Assembly (NCBI GenBank): GCA_963721805.1
Contig: CAVRJY010000004.1
Coordinates: 64,001-128,000, forward strand
Source of the DNA: Nitrospirota bacterium
Lineage (GTDB): Bacteria > Nitrospirota > Thermodesulfovibrionia > Thermodesulfovibrionales > JdFR-86
DNA length: 64,000 nucleotides
Reading direction: 5' to 3'
In this document: positions 1 to 8,717 of the stretch, piece by piece
How positions within the stretch are numbered: the stretch's first letter is position 1
How the letters are laid out: each line of letters starts with the position of its first letter
Translations under genes and position numbers: made by a program
The notes under the pieces: model-generated
What the model was told of the DNA's origin: nothing
Databases searched by the model: none
Seen by the model: only the letters and a program-made list of their open reading frames with translations

Positions 1-1598
1 GTGCCGCCAGCCAGTAAGGTCTTGACGCCGTTTACGTGGTTGGCGCCGGCCGCGAGGTCGGCGTCACTTGACGGGTCAGCGACGTTATTGACCGTTGCGG
101 CGTGGCAGTTGTAGCACTTGATGCCGCTGTTGCTCATAAGGTGAACGGTGTGGGTCTTCGACATCGCTGACGGGTCTGCCTTGTTGCCGTGGCAGCTCGT
201 GCAGTCGCTGATGGAGCCGGTGAACCAGTCCTTCGGCGCGTAAGCATTAGCCGCGTCGATAGGCGCTGCGTTAGAGTGGCAGTACAGCGTGGTGCAGGTG
301 TCGTCAGCGCCGCCAGCGGTCATGCCGGCGACGGTGAAGCCATTTGCGTTCCACGTACCGGGGTTGAACTGGCCGGTGCTGAGCTTGGAAGCGGGCATGC
401 CCGCCGTCGTGCCGTTGAAGTTGACCTCTATGACGTTATCGCCAAAATTGGAGTTCGGCATGCCACCCGTGTGGCACATGTCGCAATTGGCTGAGCCATA
501 CTTGTCAACGTGCGTTACGTGTGCGCCGGCGCTCGCAGCGCCGGTCGTGTTGGTGGTGCCACCGACGTCCGTATTGACCAGCGATGCGACGTTGGTCGGC
601 GGTTTGCCGTGGCAGTCGGTACAACCGGCCACGAAGCCGCGAGCGGGATCCTTGTGACAGCCGGTGTTGCCGGTGCCCCAGCAGGTCGCGCTGTCGGAAG
701 TCGCATGCGCAGCTTCGGTTGCGGCGGTGACTTTAGAAGTATCGTAGTCAGCGCCACTGCCGCCCGGCTGTGCGGCCGCGATCTCGTAGCCTATGTTGTT
801 GGCTGCGGTCTCGGTGTGGCAAACGACGCAGACTGAGGTCGTCTTGTTACCGGTGGAAACCTCGGAATACGGGCCGGTCTCGTTGAGGAACTTGACGTTC
901 GCCCAGTTGCCCGATATTACGTCGCCATTAGAGTTGACCACAGGGACGCCCCTGTTGATCTGGGTCCTGACGAGCTTCGTGTCGCTGATCGCGTACGAGT
1001 GGCCTGCGGCGACATAGGGCGACTTGATCCACGTGCCATCGCCTTCAACGTTGATGACGCTGAGGTTGTTCGTGGCGATCCTGTAGAAAGTGCCGGAGTT
1101 CGTCAAAGCGGTGCTCAGGCCGAACTGGATCGTCATGCCGACGAGCGAACCCGAGGCATAAGAACCGCTGACCGTGACGGAATTCGTGCCGGCCCCGTTG
1201 GCGGCCATCGTGCCGTTAAAGAGCGCGGAACCGCCGGAGACGTACGTGCCGTTATACAGCCTGGCCTGCGACATCGAGTGCGGGTCGTGGCAATCGACGC
1301 ACTCCCTCGACCACGATCCGAACCTGTCGGCGGCGTTCGTCGAGGAGTGAGTCACCATCGCATCAGCCGGGCCGCCCGAATAGTGGCACGACGTGCAAAC
1401 CTGGTTAAGAGGCGTATTGTCTATACCGCCATAGCTCGGAGTATTCTGCGCAGTATTATTGTGACATGCCTGGCAGCTTCCGACCATAGAATGCGGCGGG
1501 TCTAGCGCGAGGGCGATCCCGGCAAAGCCGAGCGCTGCGACTAGGGAAAAGACCGTGAGCAGAATCAGCCTTTTCATGTTGAACCGATTTCCCGACAT
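1..1598 (-). CDS. Large secreted multiheme c-type cytochrome (CxxCH plus CX4CH, Geobacter-type); 3' end lies outside the window
   Basis: Not in the ORF track; translated by hand from ATG 1598 (SD-like AAAGGGGG upstream; alternative ATG 1577). Signal peptide MKRLILLTVFSLVAALGFAGIALA. Motifs CQACH, CTSCH, CVDCHDPH, CVVCH, CWGTGNTGCH, CTDCH, CDMCH, CTTLYCH, CTSCH, CYNCH. No stop seen before the window edge. Confidence 0.9.
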   Translation of the reverse strand, partial: MSGNRFNMKRLILLTVFSLVAALGFAGIALALDPPHSMVGSCQACHNNTAQNTPSYGGIDNTPLNQVCTSCHYSGGPADAMVTHSSTNAADRFGSWSRECVDCHDPHSMSQARLYNGTYVSGGSALFNGTMAANGAGTNSVTVSGSYASGSLVGMTIQFGLSTALTNSGTFYRIATNNLSVINVEGDGTWIKSPYVAAGHSYAISDTKLVRTQINRGVPVVNSNGDVISGNWANVKFLNETGPYSEVSTGNKTTSVCVVCHTETAANNIGYEIAAAQPGGSGADYDTSKVTAATEAAHATSDSATCWGTGNTGCHKDPARGFVAGCTDCHGKPPTNVASLVNTDVGGTTNTTGAASAGAHVTHVDKYGSANCDMCHTGGMPNSNFGDNVIEVNFNGTTAGMPASKLSTGQFNPGTWNANGFTVAGMTAGGADDTCTTLYCHSNAAPIDAANAYAPKDWFTGSISDCTSCHGNKADPSAMSKTHTVHLMSNSGIKCYNCHAATVNNVADPSSDADLAAGANHVNGVKTLLAGG

Positions 1599-1615
1599 GA
1601 TCCAGTATCCCCCTT

Positions 1616-4360
1616 TCACTGTGCTACCACCTTCCCAATGGACACTCTGGTTCCATCAATTTTCTTCTCGGCCTTGCTGCCGAACGGCTTGAAGGACTTC
1701 AGCGACTTGCCGCTGTTGCCCTTGATCTGAAGTATCGTGACCTTGGCGTTTGCGGTCGTGTTAGGCTGGCCGATCACTACCTCGGCCTTCGCGTCGCCGT
1801 TTACGTCGCCGGCCGCTATCGAGACGTTCTTGCCCTTTGCTGCGTTGTTGCCGGAGCTGACCGTGAAGTGGTGCTTCACGACGTTGTCCGACGTAAGCAT
1901 CTGAATCAGGGCCGAGTTCTTGTGGGTGCTCGGCACGGTCGAGGCTATGATGAGAGGCATGCCGAGGCCGTCCACGTCGCCGACTGCGAGCTGAACGCCG
2001 TCAACGGTCGGGCCGAGGTCGACTGCATCGGAGCTGGAAACCGTCCATGAGCCGGGGCCACCTGACGTATCGACCCAGCTGATTATCGCCTCAGGCGTTG
2101 TGTTAGCTCCGGACGCGCATGCGGTGATGATCTCGGGGATGCCGTCGCCGTCAACGTCGCCGGCCGCTACCGAGGTGCCGGCGGTGCCACAGCCGCTATC
2201 GTAAGTGCCATCGAACTGGTTGACATACGTATCGCTGCCGCTAGAGGTCGGCGAATAAACTGCGTACTCGCCCGAACCGTCAGGCGCATCGCCAAGGACG
2301 ATATCGGAGAGGCCGTCCAGGTCGAAGTCCGCAGTGGCTACCGAGCCGGTATTGCCGCTGAACGCCGCGATGTAGGTGTCGAAGTCAGCCATACCGGTGT
2401 CTTTGTATGCGTTGGTCCCGTCGCCGTCCACGTTGGCCACGATCAGGTCCGCAGTCAAGTCAGGATTGCTCGTGTTCATGATGCCGGCCGAGGTAGTATA
2501 GCCGGTGGTCGTGTCGCCTACGCAGTAGTCAACCACTGCGTATGCGGCCTGCTGTATGCCCTTCGCGCTGAAGGCCTTGATCGTCTGGGTGGCTGCGCAC
2601 GGGCCGACGCCCTCGCTGACGATGATCTGGTTGGTCTGCTTCATGCTCTGGTACGTGCCGTTTACGCTGAGCGCGCCGCCGTCAGCCAGCGTCTGGGTGA
2701 CCGGGGCGGGCGTCTTGTAGCCCTTGACCGCGTTAAAGGCTACGGTGTAGGTGCCGGCGCCGACCGTAAAGGACTTGCTGCCGGAGCCCGTCATCGTGCC
2801 GTTAGGGCCGGTGATGGTGTAGCTGGCGCCCGCGACGTTGGTAGTTACGTTGATCGCCGCGCCGACCACAACGGTCAGCTTGACGGGTACGACGACCGTA
2901 TCGGCGCTGCAGCCTGCCGCTATGGTGATGTTCGCGGTGTAGATGCCGGTGGCCATGCCGGCCGAGTTAGCCGATACGTTCATGGTGCCGCTGGTGGTAC
3001 CGCTGGCGGGCGAGATCTGTACCCAGCCCTGGTCAGCCGTGGCGGTCCATGATGCGTCGGTGCCGAGCGTGAGGGTCAGGGGTGCGGTCGTGCTCGATAC
3101 GCTGTTGGCGCCGAGGTTGATCGCCTTGGGCGATGCGCTGATCCCTACCGAGGAGGCTACGTTAACCGTGACGGCCACCCTTACGGAGGCGCCGGGGCCG
3201 CTGACGGTGATGTGGCCGGTGTGGCTGCCGGCGGTGAGGCCGGTGGTGTTAAGCGAAACGCCGACGCTGTCGGTGCCGGAGCCGTTGATCGAGCCTGAGG
3301 TTGCGTCCGGCACGATCCAGGCTGAATCGGAAGAGAGGGTCCATGCGAGGGAGCCGCTTCCGTTGTTCGCTATATAAAGGTTCTGAGAGCCGGTGCTCGA
3401 GCTGCAGCCTACGCTGCTGAAATCGAGTGCGGCGGGCGTCACGTTAAGAGCGGTGTAGGCGTCGACGCCAAGGACTGCGACCGCGCCGGGCTCCGCTACG
3501 AGGAGCCTTCCGTCAGTCCCGATAGCCATGCCGTCGGCCTGTCCGTTCTGGGTGATCGCCGCGAGGTCGAACCTGCCGAGGTATGCGCCGGTGGCGTCAT
3601 AAACCTGGAGCTCGCCGCCTGAAGCATCACTTACGTAGATCCTGCCCTGTCCGTCGACCGCTGCGCCGCCGGGGGCGCTCACTACCGCTGCGCCGGAATC
3701 AAGCGGGCCGTTTGAGAAGAGAGTCGCCTTAAGCGAGCCGTCGCTTGCGAAGACCTGCCCCCTGGAGCCGAGGGTGGCGCCGTCGCCGAGGACCACCGAG
3801 GGCCTGTCGAGCACGACGACGTCGCCGGTGGCGGAGACCGCAACCGCTGCGGGCGCACTTACCGACGTGATGCTCATCAGCAGCGCCTTGCTGTTGATGT
3901 CGTATATCCTGACCGCGTTAGCGGCGGAATCGGCCACGTACACCTTCGCCGCATCAACGGCTATGGATGATACGGACTTCAGGCCGCTGCCGAGCGCGAC
4001 AGAGGTTCCGAGGTTTGCGTCATAGACCTTTACAGCGCCGGTAGCGACGCCGCTCGTGCCGCTTGAGAGGCCTACATATACCTTACCGCTTGCGTCAACT
4101 GCCACCGCAAACGGAGTAAGGCTCCTGTCAGGGACCATTCTCTTGATGAAATTACCCTGATACCCGAACACGTCGACGGACTTGTTATACCAGTCCGCGA
4201 CATATGCGTTGCCGCTGGATGCCACGGCAACGTCAGCGGCCTTGAAATTCTGGCCGTTTGACATCGTCCCCAGACTGGAGATCTGAGGTAGCGAAGCAGC
4301 CATTGCCGCGCTCGCAAACAGCATGATGAGACCGAAGACCAGCAAGACCTTAAATTTCAT
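1616..4360 (-). CDS. Secreted surface protein: NHL beta-propeller, two Ig-like (BACON-type) repeats, and C-terminal FG-GAP/VCBS-like repeats
   Basis: Signal peptide; NHL repeats (VAVDASGKVYV, AVDGQGRIYVSD); BACON-like segments (LAWTLSSDSAWI, ASWTATADQGWVQISPASG); repeated AGDVDGDG/GDVNGD motifs. Confidence 0.75.
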   Translation of the reverse strand: MKFKVLLVFGLIMLFASAAMAASLPQISSLGTMSNGQNFKAADVAVASSGNAYVADWYNKSVDVFGYQGNFIKRMVPDRSLTPFAVAVDASGKVYVGLSSGTSGVATGAVKVYDANLGTSVALGSGLKSVSSIAVDAAKVYVADSAANAVRIYDINSKALLMSITSVSAPAAVAVSATGDVVVLDRPSVVLGDGATLGSRGQVFASDGSLKATLFSNGPLDSGAAVVSAPGGAAVDGQGRIYVSDASGGELQVYDATGAYLGRFDLAAITQNGQADGMAIGTDGRLLVAEPGAVAVLGVDAYTALNVTPAALDFSSVGCSSSTGSQNLYIANNGSGSLAWTLSSDSAWIVPDATSGSINGSGTDSVGVSLNTTGLTAGSHTGHITVSGPGASVRVAVTVNVASSVGISASPKAINLGANSVSSTTAPLTLTLGTDASWTATADQGWVQISPASGTTSGTMNVSANSAGMATGIYTANITIAAGCSADTVVVPVKLTVVVGAAINVTTNVAGASYTITGPNGTMTGSGSKSFTVGAGTYTVAFNAVKGYKTPAPVTQTLADGGALSVNGTYQSMKQTNQIIVSEGVGPCAATQTIKAFSAKGIQQAAYAVVDYCVGDTTTGYTTSAGIMNTSNPDLTADLIVANVDGDGTNAYKDTGMADFDTYIAAFSGNTGSVATADFDLDGLSDIVLGDAPDGSGEYAVYSPTSSGSDTYVNQFDGTYDSGCGTAGTSVAAGDVDGDGIPEIITACASGANTTPEAIISWVDTSGGPGSWTVSSSDAVDLGPTVDGVQLAVGDVDGLGMPLIIASTVPSTHKNSALIQMLTSDNVVKHHFTVSSGNNAAKGKNVSIAAGDVNGDAKAEVVIGQPNTTANAKVTILQIKGNSGKSLKSFKPFGSKAEKKIDGTRVSIGKVVAQ

Positions 4361-4603
4361 GGTGCCCTCCGACTTTTATACCCATAGATTTATCAGGAAA
4401 AGACACGAGGCTGGCGGACGATGGCGCGCCAAACCTGATGCCGTCCATGGCGAGCCCTCTCCTCTTCGTCTCCTGCATTTTCCTTTTCTTCCTTTCCTTG
4501 TTTGTCCGGCTCCGGCCCATCCGCTGCGCCTTCTCAGGTCCGCCGCTGCGATGAGGCATCGCCTTCTGTTTTATACGTATCGGGCATTAACCCGGTTATA
4601 TTC

Positions 4604-5533
4604 CTACTTTATATGACACGCGGTGCAGAGGGCGCTGTCGTTATTGCTCGTGACCAGGAACGGGAAGGTCCCCACTGTCTTGTCGCCCTGATTGTGCACG
4701 TCGTGACAGGTCTCGCACTCTAGGCTCGTCCCCTCGCCGCCCGCGGGACTGTAAAACAGCCTGATGCCGACGCCCTCGGGAAGAGACGTGTCATTTGGCG
4801 AGTTGAAATAGCAGAACTTTGCGCCGGAAGCGCAGCCCCCCGCGGCCGAATGGAATTCACCGGGGTACTTGGCCGTCATGGTCGCGGTGAAATCTATGCT
4901 GATCGGATGGTCGTTGCTGAGATCGACCTTCTGGTTGTCGTTGCCGCCGGAGTAGTTGTACCTGTCGCCTATGTCCGGGTTGATCACCGCGGCGCCATAC
5001 GCCTGGCTGCCGATCGTCGTCACCGTGGTGGTGCCCATCGGATCGAGAGTCGGTCCGCCGGCCTCTTCAGCGTCAAGCGGTTTGGTAACGAGACTGTTCA
5101 GAGCCCCGACGCCGTCATGGCAGCTCAGGCAGAGCAGGGAATACATCCTGACTTCGCCGGAACCGGCCTGATACGTAGGAGAGGTATACAGCACATAGTT
5201 AGTTGCGTTGGACAGCTGCCTGTTCCACAGCAGCATGCTGCCGCCGCCACCGGTTAGACTGTTGCCGATCGAGGTGATCGTATTGAGGTTGCCTCCCTCG
5301 CCCCCGCTATTCTGAATATAGCTGAGCGGACCAACATTCGTGTTCGCGCCGTGCGGCGTGTGACAGAAGACGCAGACTTCTACTGTGTCGTACGAATTTT
5401 TCTGCCCATCGAAGCTCAAATCGTGCAGCGATCCAACGACTCCTCCGAGTGCTATCACGCTCGATAGCGTCAAAACACTCACCCCTACCAATACTGCCGT
5501 GATGATTTTGCTGACTTTTCTTTTGACTTTCAT
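4604..5533 (-). CDS. OmcE-like tetraheme c-type cytochrome (candidate nanowire subunit)
   Basis: Start moved to ATG 5533 (SD GGAGGT). Signal peptide, then GSLHDLS, EVCVFCHTPH, LWNR, CLSCHDG, DLSNDHPISI, LECETCHDVH, PFL, SALCTACHIK: the motif order I recall for Geobacter OmcE. Confidence 0.85.
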   Translation of the reverse strand: MKVKRKVSKIITAVLVGVSVLTLSSVIALGGVVGSLHDLSFDGQKNSYDTVEVCVFCHTPHGANTNVGPLSYIQNSGGEGGNLNTITSIGNSLTGGGGSMLLWNRQLSNATNYVLYTSPTYQAGSGEVRMYSLLCLSCHDGVGALNSLVTKPLDAEEAGGPTLDPMGTTTVTTIGSQAYGAAVINPDIGDRYNYSGGNDNQKVDLSNDHPISIDFTATMTAKYPGEFHSAAGGCASGAKFCYFNSPNDTSLPEGVGIRLFYSPAGGEGTSLECETCHDVHNQGDKTVGTFPFLVTSNNDSALCTACHIK

Positions 5534-5562
5534 AAAATGCTCACCTCCGTGCCTTAGTAATA

Positions 5563-5578
5563 TGCAATGCCCATGCCA
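5563..5578 (-). promoter_or_regulatory. Sigma54 (-24/-12) promoter of the OmcE-like gene
   Basis: Minus strand TGGCATG-GGCA-TTGCA with consensus spacing, about 30 nt upstream of ATG 5533. Confidence 0.8.
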
Positions 5579-5591
5579 GAGCTTTTCATGC

Positions 5592-6704
5592 TCACGGCCA
5601 TTCCTTCTTATCAACGCCGCCCCTCCAGTGTTCCGCGCCGTGGCAGTTCAGGTAGCACTTGGGCCATCCGGTGCCGTAGGATGGGAAATAAAACGGCCCC
5701 GAGCTGTTCGTAGACGGCCTGACTATGGTTGAGTTGAACGCTATCAGGTTGTCGTACCTCTGGGTGCCATGCGAGGCGTGGCAGGTAAAGCACGAGGTCT
5801 GTTTGGCTACTATATGATAGCTATGCCGCTTGAAGCTCTTGTCGCTGAGGATCGAGGTGCGCTGGTGGCACATATAGCAAAGCTCGTATGCGCGTTCGGT
5901 CTCGGGCCCGTCGTCGGTCCTGTATGGCGCGACCAGCAGCGGGGCGGAGCCGGACCCGTGTGGCCCCTGGGGGCCGTACCTGTCGTCATTGCCGTGGCAG
6001 TCAGTGCATGTGACGGTAGACGTCGGCCTCAAAGTTGGGATGAGGCTCGGCACGTCGCCGTTTTTCCCGACGGCCTCCACCGGGTGGTATGAGGCGTTAT
6101 CCGGGTTGAAATCCACCGCGATATTTCGCGTAGTGGAAGGCAGGTTGGCGCTGTCGGAATGGCAATTATAGCAAAGCTCATATTCATATGAGGCCCTCTT
6201 CAGCCGGAGCCCCTGCGGTTCGCTCCCCCTGCCCATCCCGCGCTTATCCGGCCTGTACCCCGAGACTCCCGCAAGCGGCGAGGCCTCGCTCGAGACATGC
6301 ACAACATGGCAGTCCACGCACGTCACATGCCTCGGGGCCATCGTGGAGTCCTCGGGCAGCACCTCGTCCATGCGGTGGAACCGGGACGTCTCCAATATAG
6401 GATGGTGGGAGGGCTTGATCAGCGTGCTTTTTATGTCCGCCTTGGCCTTGCCCTTCGGGCCGTGGCAGCCCAGGCAGACCTTGCCCCATGACGCGCGGAG
6501 CATCGGGGTGCCGCGCTTTCCAACCCCTGCATGGCAGCCGGCGCACCCGGCCGGGTTCACCCGCTTGTCCATATGGGACAGCAACATCGTGGTATGGGTC
6601 TTGCGCACCGCGCGCTGCAGGATCGGAGCCCTGGCCGCCGCGCCGCCAGCGGACAGCGCCGAGAGGGCGAGGAAGGCCAGGGCCGGGACAACGGCCCAGC
6701 GCAT
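5592..6704 (-). CDS. Octaheme c-type cytochrome (7 CxxCH plus terminal CX3CH)
   Basis: Start moved to ATG 6704 (signal peptide MRWAVVPALAFLALSALSAGGAAA). Motifs CAGCH, CLGCH, CVDCH, CYNCH, CTDCH, CYMCH, CFTCH, CYLNCH. Confidence 0.85.
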   Translation of the reverse strand: MRWAVVPALAFLALSALSAGGAAARAPILQRAVRKTHTTMLLSHMDKRVNPAGCAGCHAGVGKRGTPMLRASWGKVCLGCHGPKGKAKADIKSTLIKPSHHPILETSRFHRMDEVLPEDSTMAPRHVTCVDCHVVHVSSEASPLAGVSGYRPDKRGMGRGSEPQGLRLKRASYEYELCYNCHSDSANLPSTTRNIAVDFNPDNASYHPVEAVGKNGDVPSLIPTLRPTSTVTCTDCHGNDDRYGPQGPHGSGSAPLLVAPYRTDDGPETERAYELCYMCHQRTSILSDKSFKRHSYHIVAKQTSCFTCHASHGTQRYDNLIAFNSTIVRPSTNSSGPFYFPSYGTGWPKCYLNCHGAEHWRGGVDKKEWP

Positions 6705-6727
6705 ACATTTATTATAGAGCCCCTCTC

Positions 6728-7650
6728 TCATGGGCATGGCTTGTGGCAGGCGTCGCACAGCTGGTCGAACCCGATCACGAGGAATTTGTAGCCCTCGACC
6801 TGAGGGTCGGTGGTATCGGTCCACAAATGCGGGTCGTGGCAGGTGGAGCACTGAACGCCATAATAATATCCGGGAGCATAGCCGGGGAAAGCCCCGGGGC
6901 CGTCGACGTCGTTGACCATTACGCCGGGGCTCCCGTCATACAGGAAGTTGGTAGGCCGCAGGTACACGTGGCTCGCCTGAGAGTTGACCATGCTCAGGTC
7001 AAACGGGTAGCGCACCATCGTAGTCTGCCCGCCCACGGCGCAGTTGGCGAGGCTGTCGGCAATGAGCCTTGAGTTCATCGGGATCGAGACGACGTGCTTG
7101 TTGGTCAGGTCGGTGCCTATGTATGAGGGGCACGTGGCCTTGATCCTGCCGGTGGAATCTATGCAGTCGTCGGCGTTCATCTTTATAGGGCCCGTTGACT
7201 GCTCTGAGGCGCTTACGCTTACTATGTCGCCTACGGCCAGCGTCCCGTCATGGCAGCTCAGGCACATGCGCGAGGTCCCGTCCGGGTGGCTCGGGGGGTC
7301 CGAAAGCAGGGTGCCATACCCGGCATTGCTAATGGTCCCCTTCGGCAATACAGTGTACTGCGCGTCCGAAAGCCTGTGGTTCCAAAGCGGGCCGTTGACG
7401 AGCACGGTATTCGTGATGGCTGTGTGGGGCGTATGGCAGAATATGCATATCTGGGTCTCGGATTGCGCCCTGACCCCGGATGAGTTCGCGGATAGGTTAT
7501 GCGGGTTATTGTATGCGGTGACGTTGCCGACTCCCATAAGGACGGCCTCGGCGTCCCGGTTCATAACGACCAATGCCGCAACTATGAGGATGCCGGCCAG
7601 CAGCATGACGGCGGCCATAATGCCGGCGCTTTTTTCTCAGCCAGTTTCAT
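6728..7650 (-). CDS. Second OmcE-like tetraheme cytochrome; probable true start at 7650 with a 1-nt indel in an A6 run
   Basis: ORF 6728-7618 has PHNLS, QICIFCHTPH, PLWNH, CLSCHDG, GTDLTNKH, VQCSTCHDPH, LCDACHK. ATG 7650 has SD GGAGGT and joins the frame if the run at 7630-7635 gains one base. Confidence 0.8.
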
Positions 7651-7653
7651 ACC

Positions 7654-8703
7654 CTAATCACCTCCGAGGAAACGAAAGGCCTGTATGCGCCTGTTGAATG
7701 AATCCACCACGAACAGGCGGTCGGTGCGGTCCATAAAAAGCCCTGTCGGGATCATGAATTCCCCGTACCCGGCGCCAGGTTTGCCGAAATACAGCAGGAG
7801 CCCGCCCTGCTGGTCATATATTTTAACCATGTCCTGGGCGGTGTCGGCGACGTATATATGTCCTTCCCTGTCGACCGCGATGCCCTTTATCTTGTCAAAG
7901 GTCTCGGCCGTATCGCCCTGAAGCCCGAAGGCCCTGATAAACCGTCCGTCAGGCCCGAAGATCTGCACCCGGAAGTTCAGCGTGTCCGAGACGTAGAGCC
8001 TGCCCTCGCCGTCGACGGCAATATGGGTTGGGTAGTTCAGTTTGCCATCGTCCTCTCCGCGCCCGCCCACGCTGCCGGTGCGGGTACCGTCAAGCGAATA
8101 CTTGTAGATCGTGTGCGCCCATGTATCGGCCACGTACAATACCCCCCGGGGGATGTCGATGGCAAGGCCGGTGGGGCGCTCGAAGGGGCCCCGGATGATG
8201 CGCTGGAACTTGCCTTTGCCGTTGAATACGAAGAGCCCCTGCAAGTCCGCATCCGTGACGTAGATGCTGCCGTCCGGGCCGGATGCGACCCCGATTGGGT
8301 ACATCAGGGCCAGACCGTTTGCGTCGGTTATGTTGAAGGAATCCATCTTTTTGAGGTCCACGACGCAGACTCGGTGCGCGCCCGGGTCGGTCACGTAGAG
8401 CCTGTCTTTATCGTCCACAAAGACCCCGTGCGGCCGCACAAGCGTCTCGGGCGCCACGGGCATCTCCTCGAACTGGGGGTCGTCCTGAAAACCGCCCACC
8501 AGGGCCTCAGTGGCCGCGCCGTGCTCTGCGCCAGAGATGCGGCTCAGGCTCCAGAGGTACATTATGCGCGGCTTCTGCCCTCCTCCCGGCCACACGATCC
8601 CGCCCGAGAGGGTATTGTCCAGCGCTGCTTTTGGCGTTGCGCACGAGGCCAGAGTCCCGATGCACAGCACCGCCGCGGCAACGGCCCTGCAGAGGGTGCT
8701 CAT
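7654..8703 (-). CDS. NHL-repeat beta-propeller lipoprotein
   Basis: Lipobox TLASC after ATG 8703; six NHL repeats (PHGVFVD, PIGVAS, PTGLAID, PTHIAVD, IKGIAVD, PTGLFMD). Confidence 0.88.
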   Translation of the reverse strand: MSTLCRAVAAAVLCIGTLASCATPKAALDNTLSGGIVWPGGGQKPRIMYLWSLSRISGAEHGAATEALVGGFQDDPQFEEMPVAPETLVRPHGVFVDDKDRLYVTDPGAHRVCVVDLKKMDSFNITDANGLALMYPIGVASGPDGSIYVTDADLQGLFVFNGKGKFQRIIRGPFERPTGLAIDIPRGVLYVADTWAHTIYKYSLDGTRTGSVGGRGEDDGKLNYPTHIAVDGEGRLYVSDTLNFRVQIFGPDGRFIRAFGLQGDTAETFDKIKGIAVDREGHIYVADTAQDMVKIYDQQGGLLLYFGKPGAGYGEFMIPTGLFMDRTDRLFVVDSFNRRIQAFRFLGGD

Positions 8704-8717
8704 TCGTTCTCCCGCTC

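Noticed and set aside
189..1505. Several + strand ORFs (189-494, 289-657, 510-836, 793-1017, 999-1505)
   Set aside because: They are antisense shadows of the minus-strand multiheme cytochrome.
4350..4559. 69-aa minus-strand ORF
   Set aside because: No recognisable motif; its Lys/Arg bias follows from the purine-rich tract.
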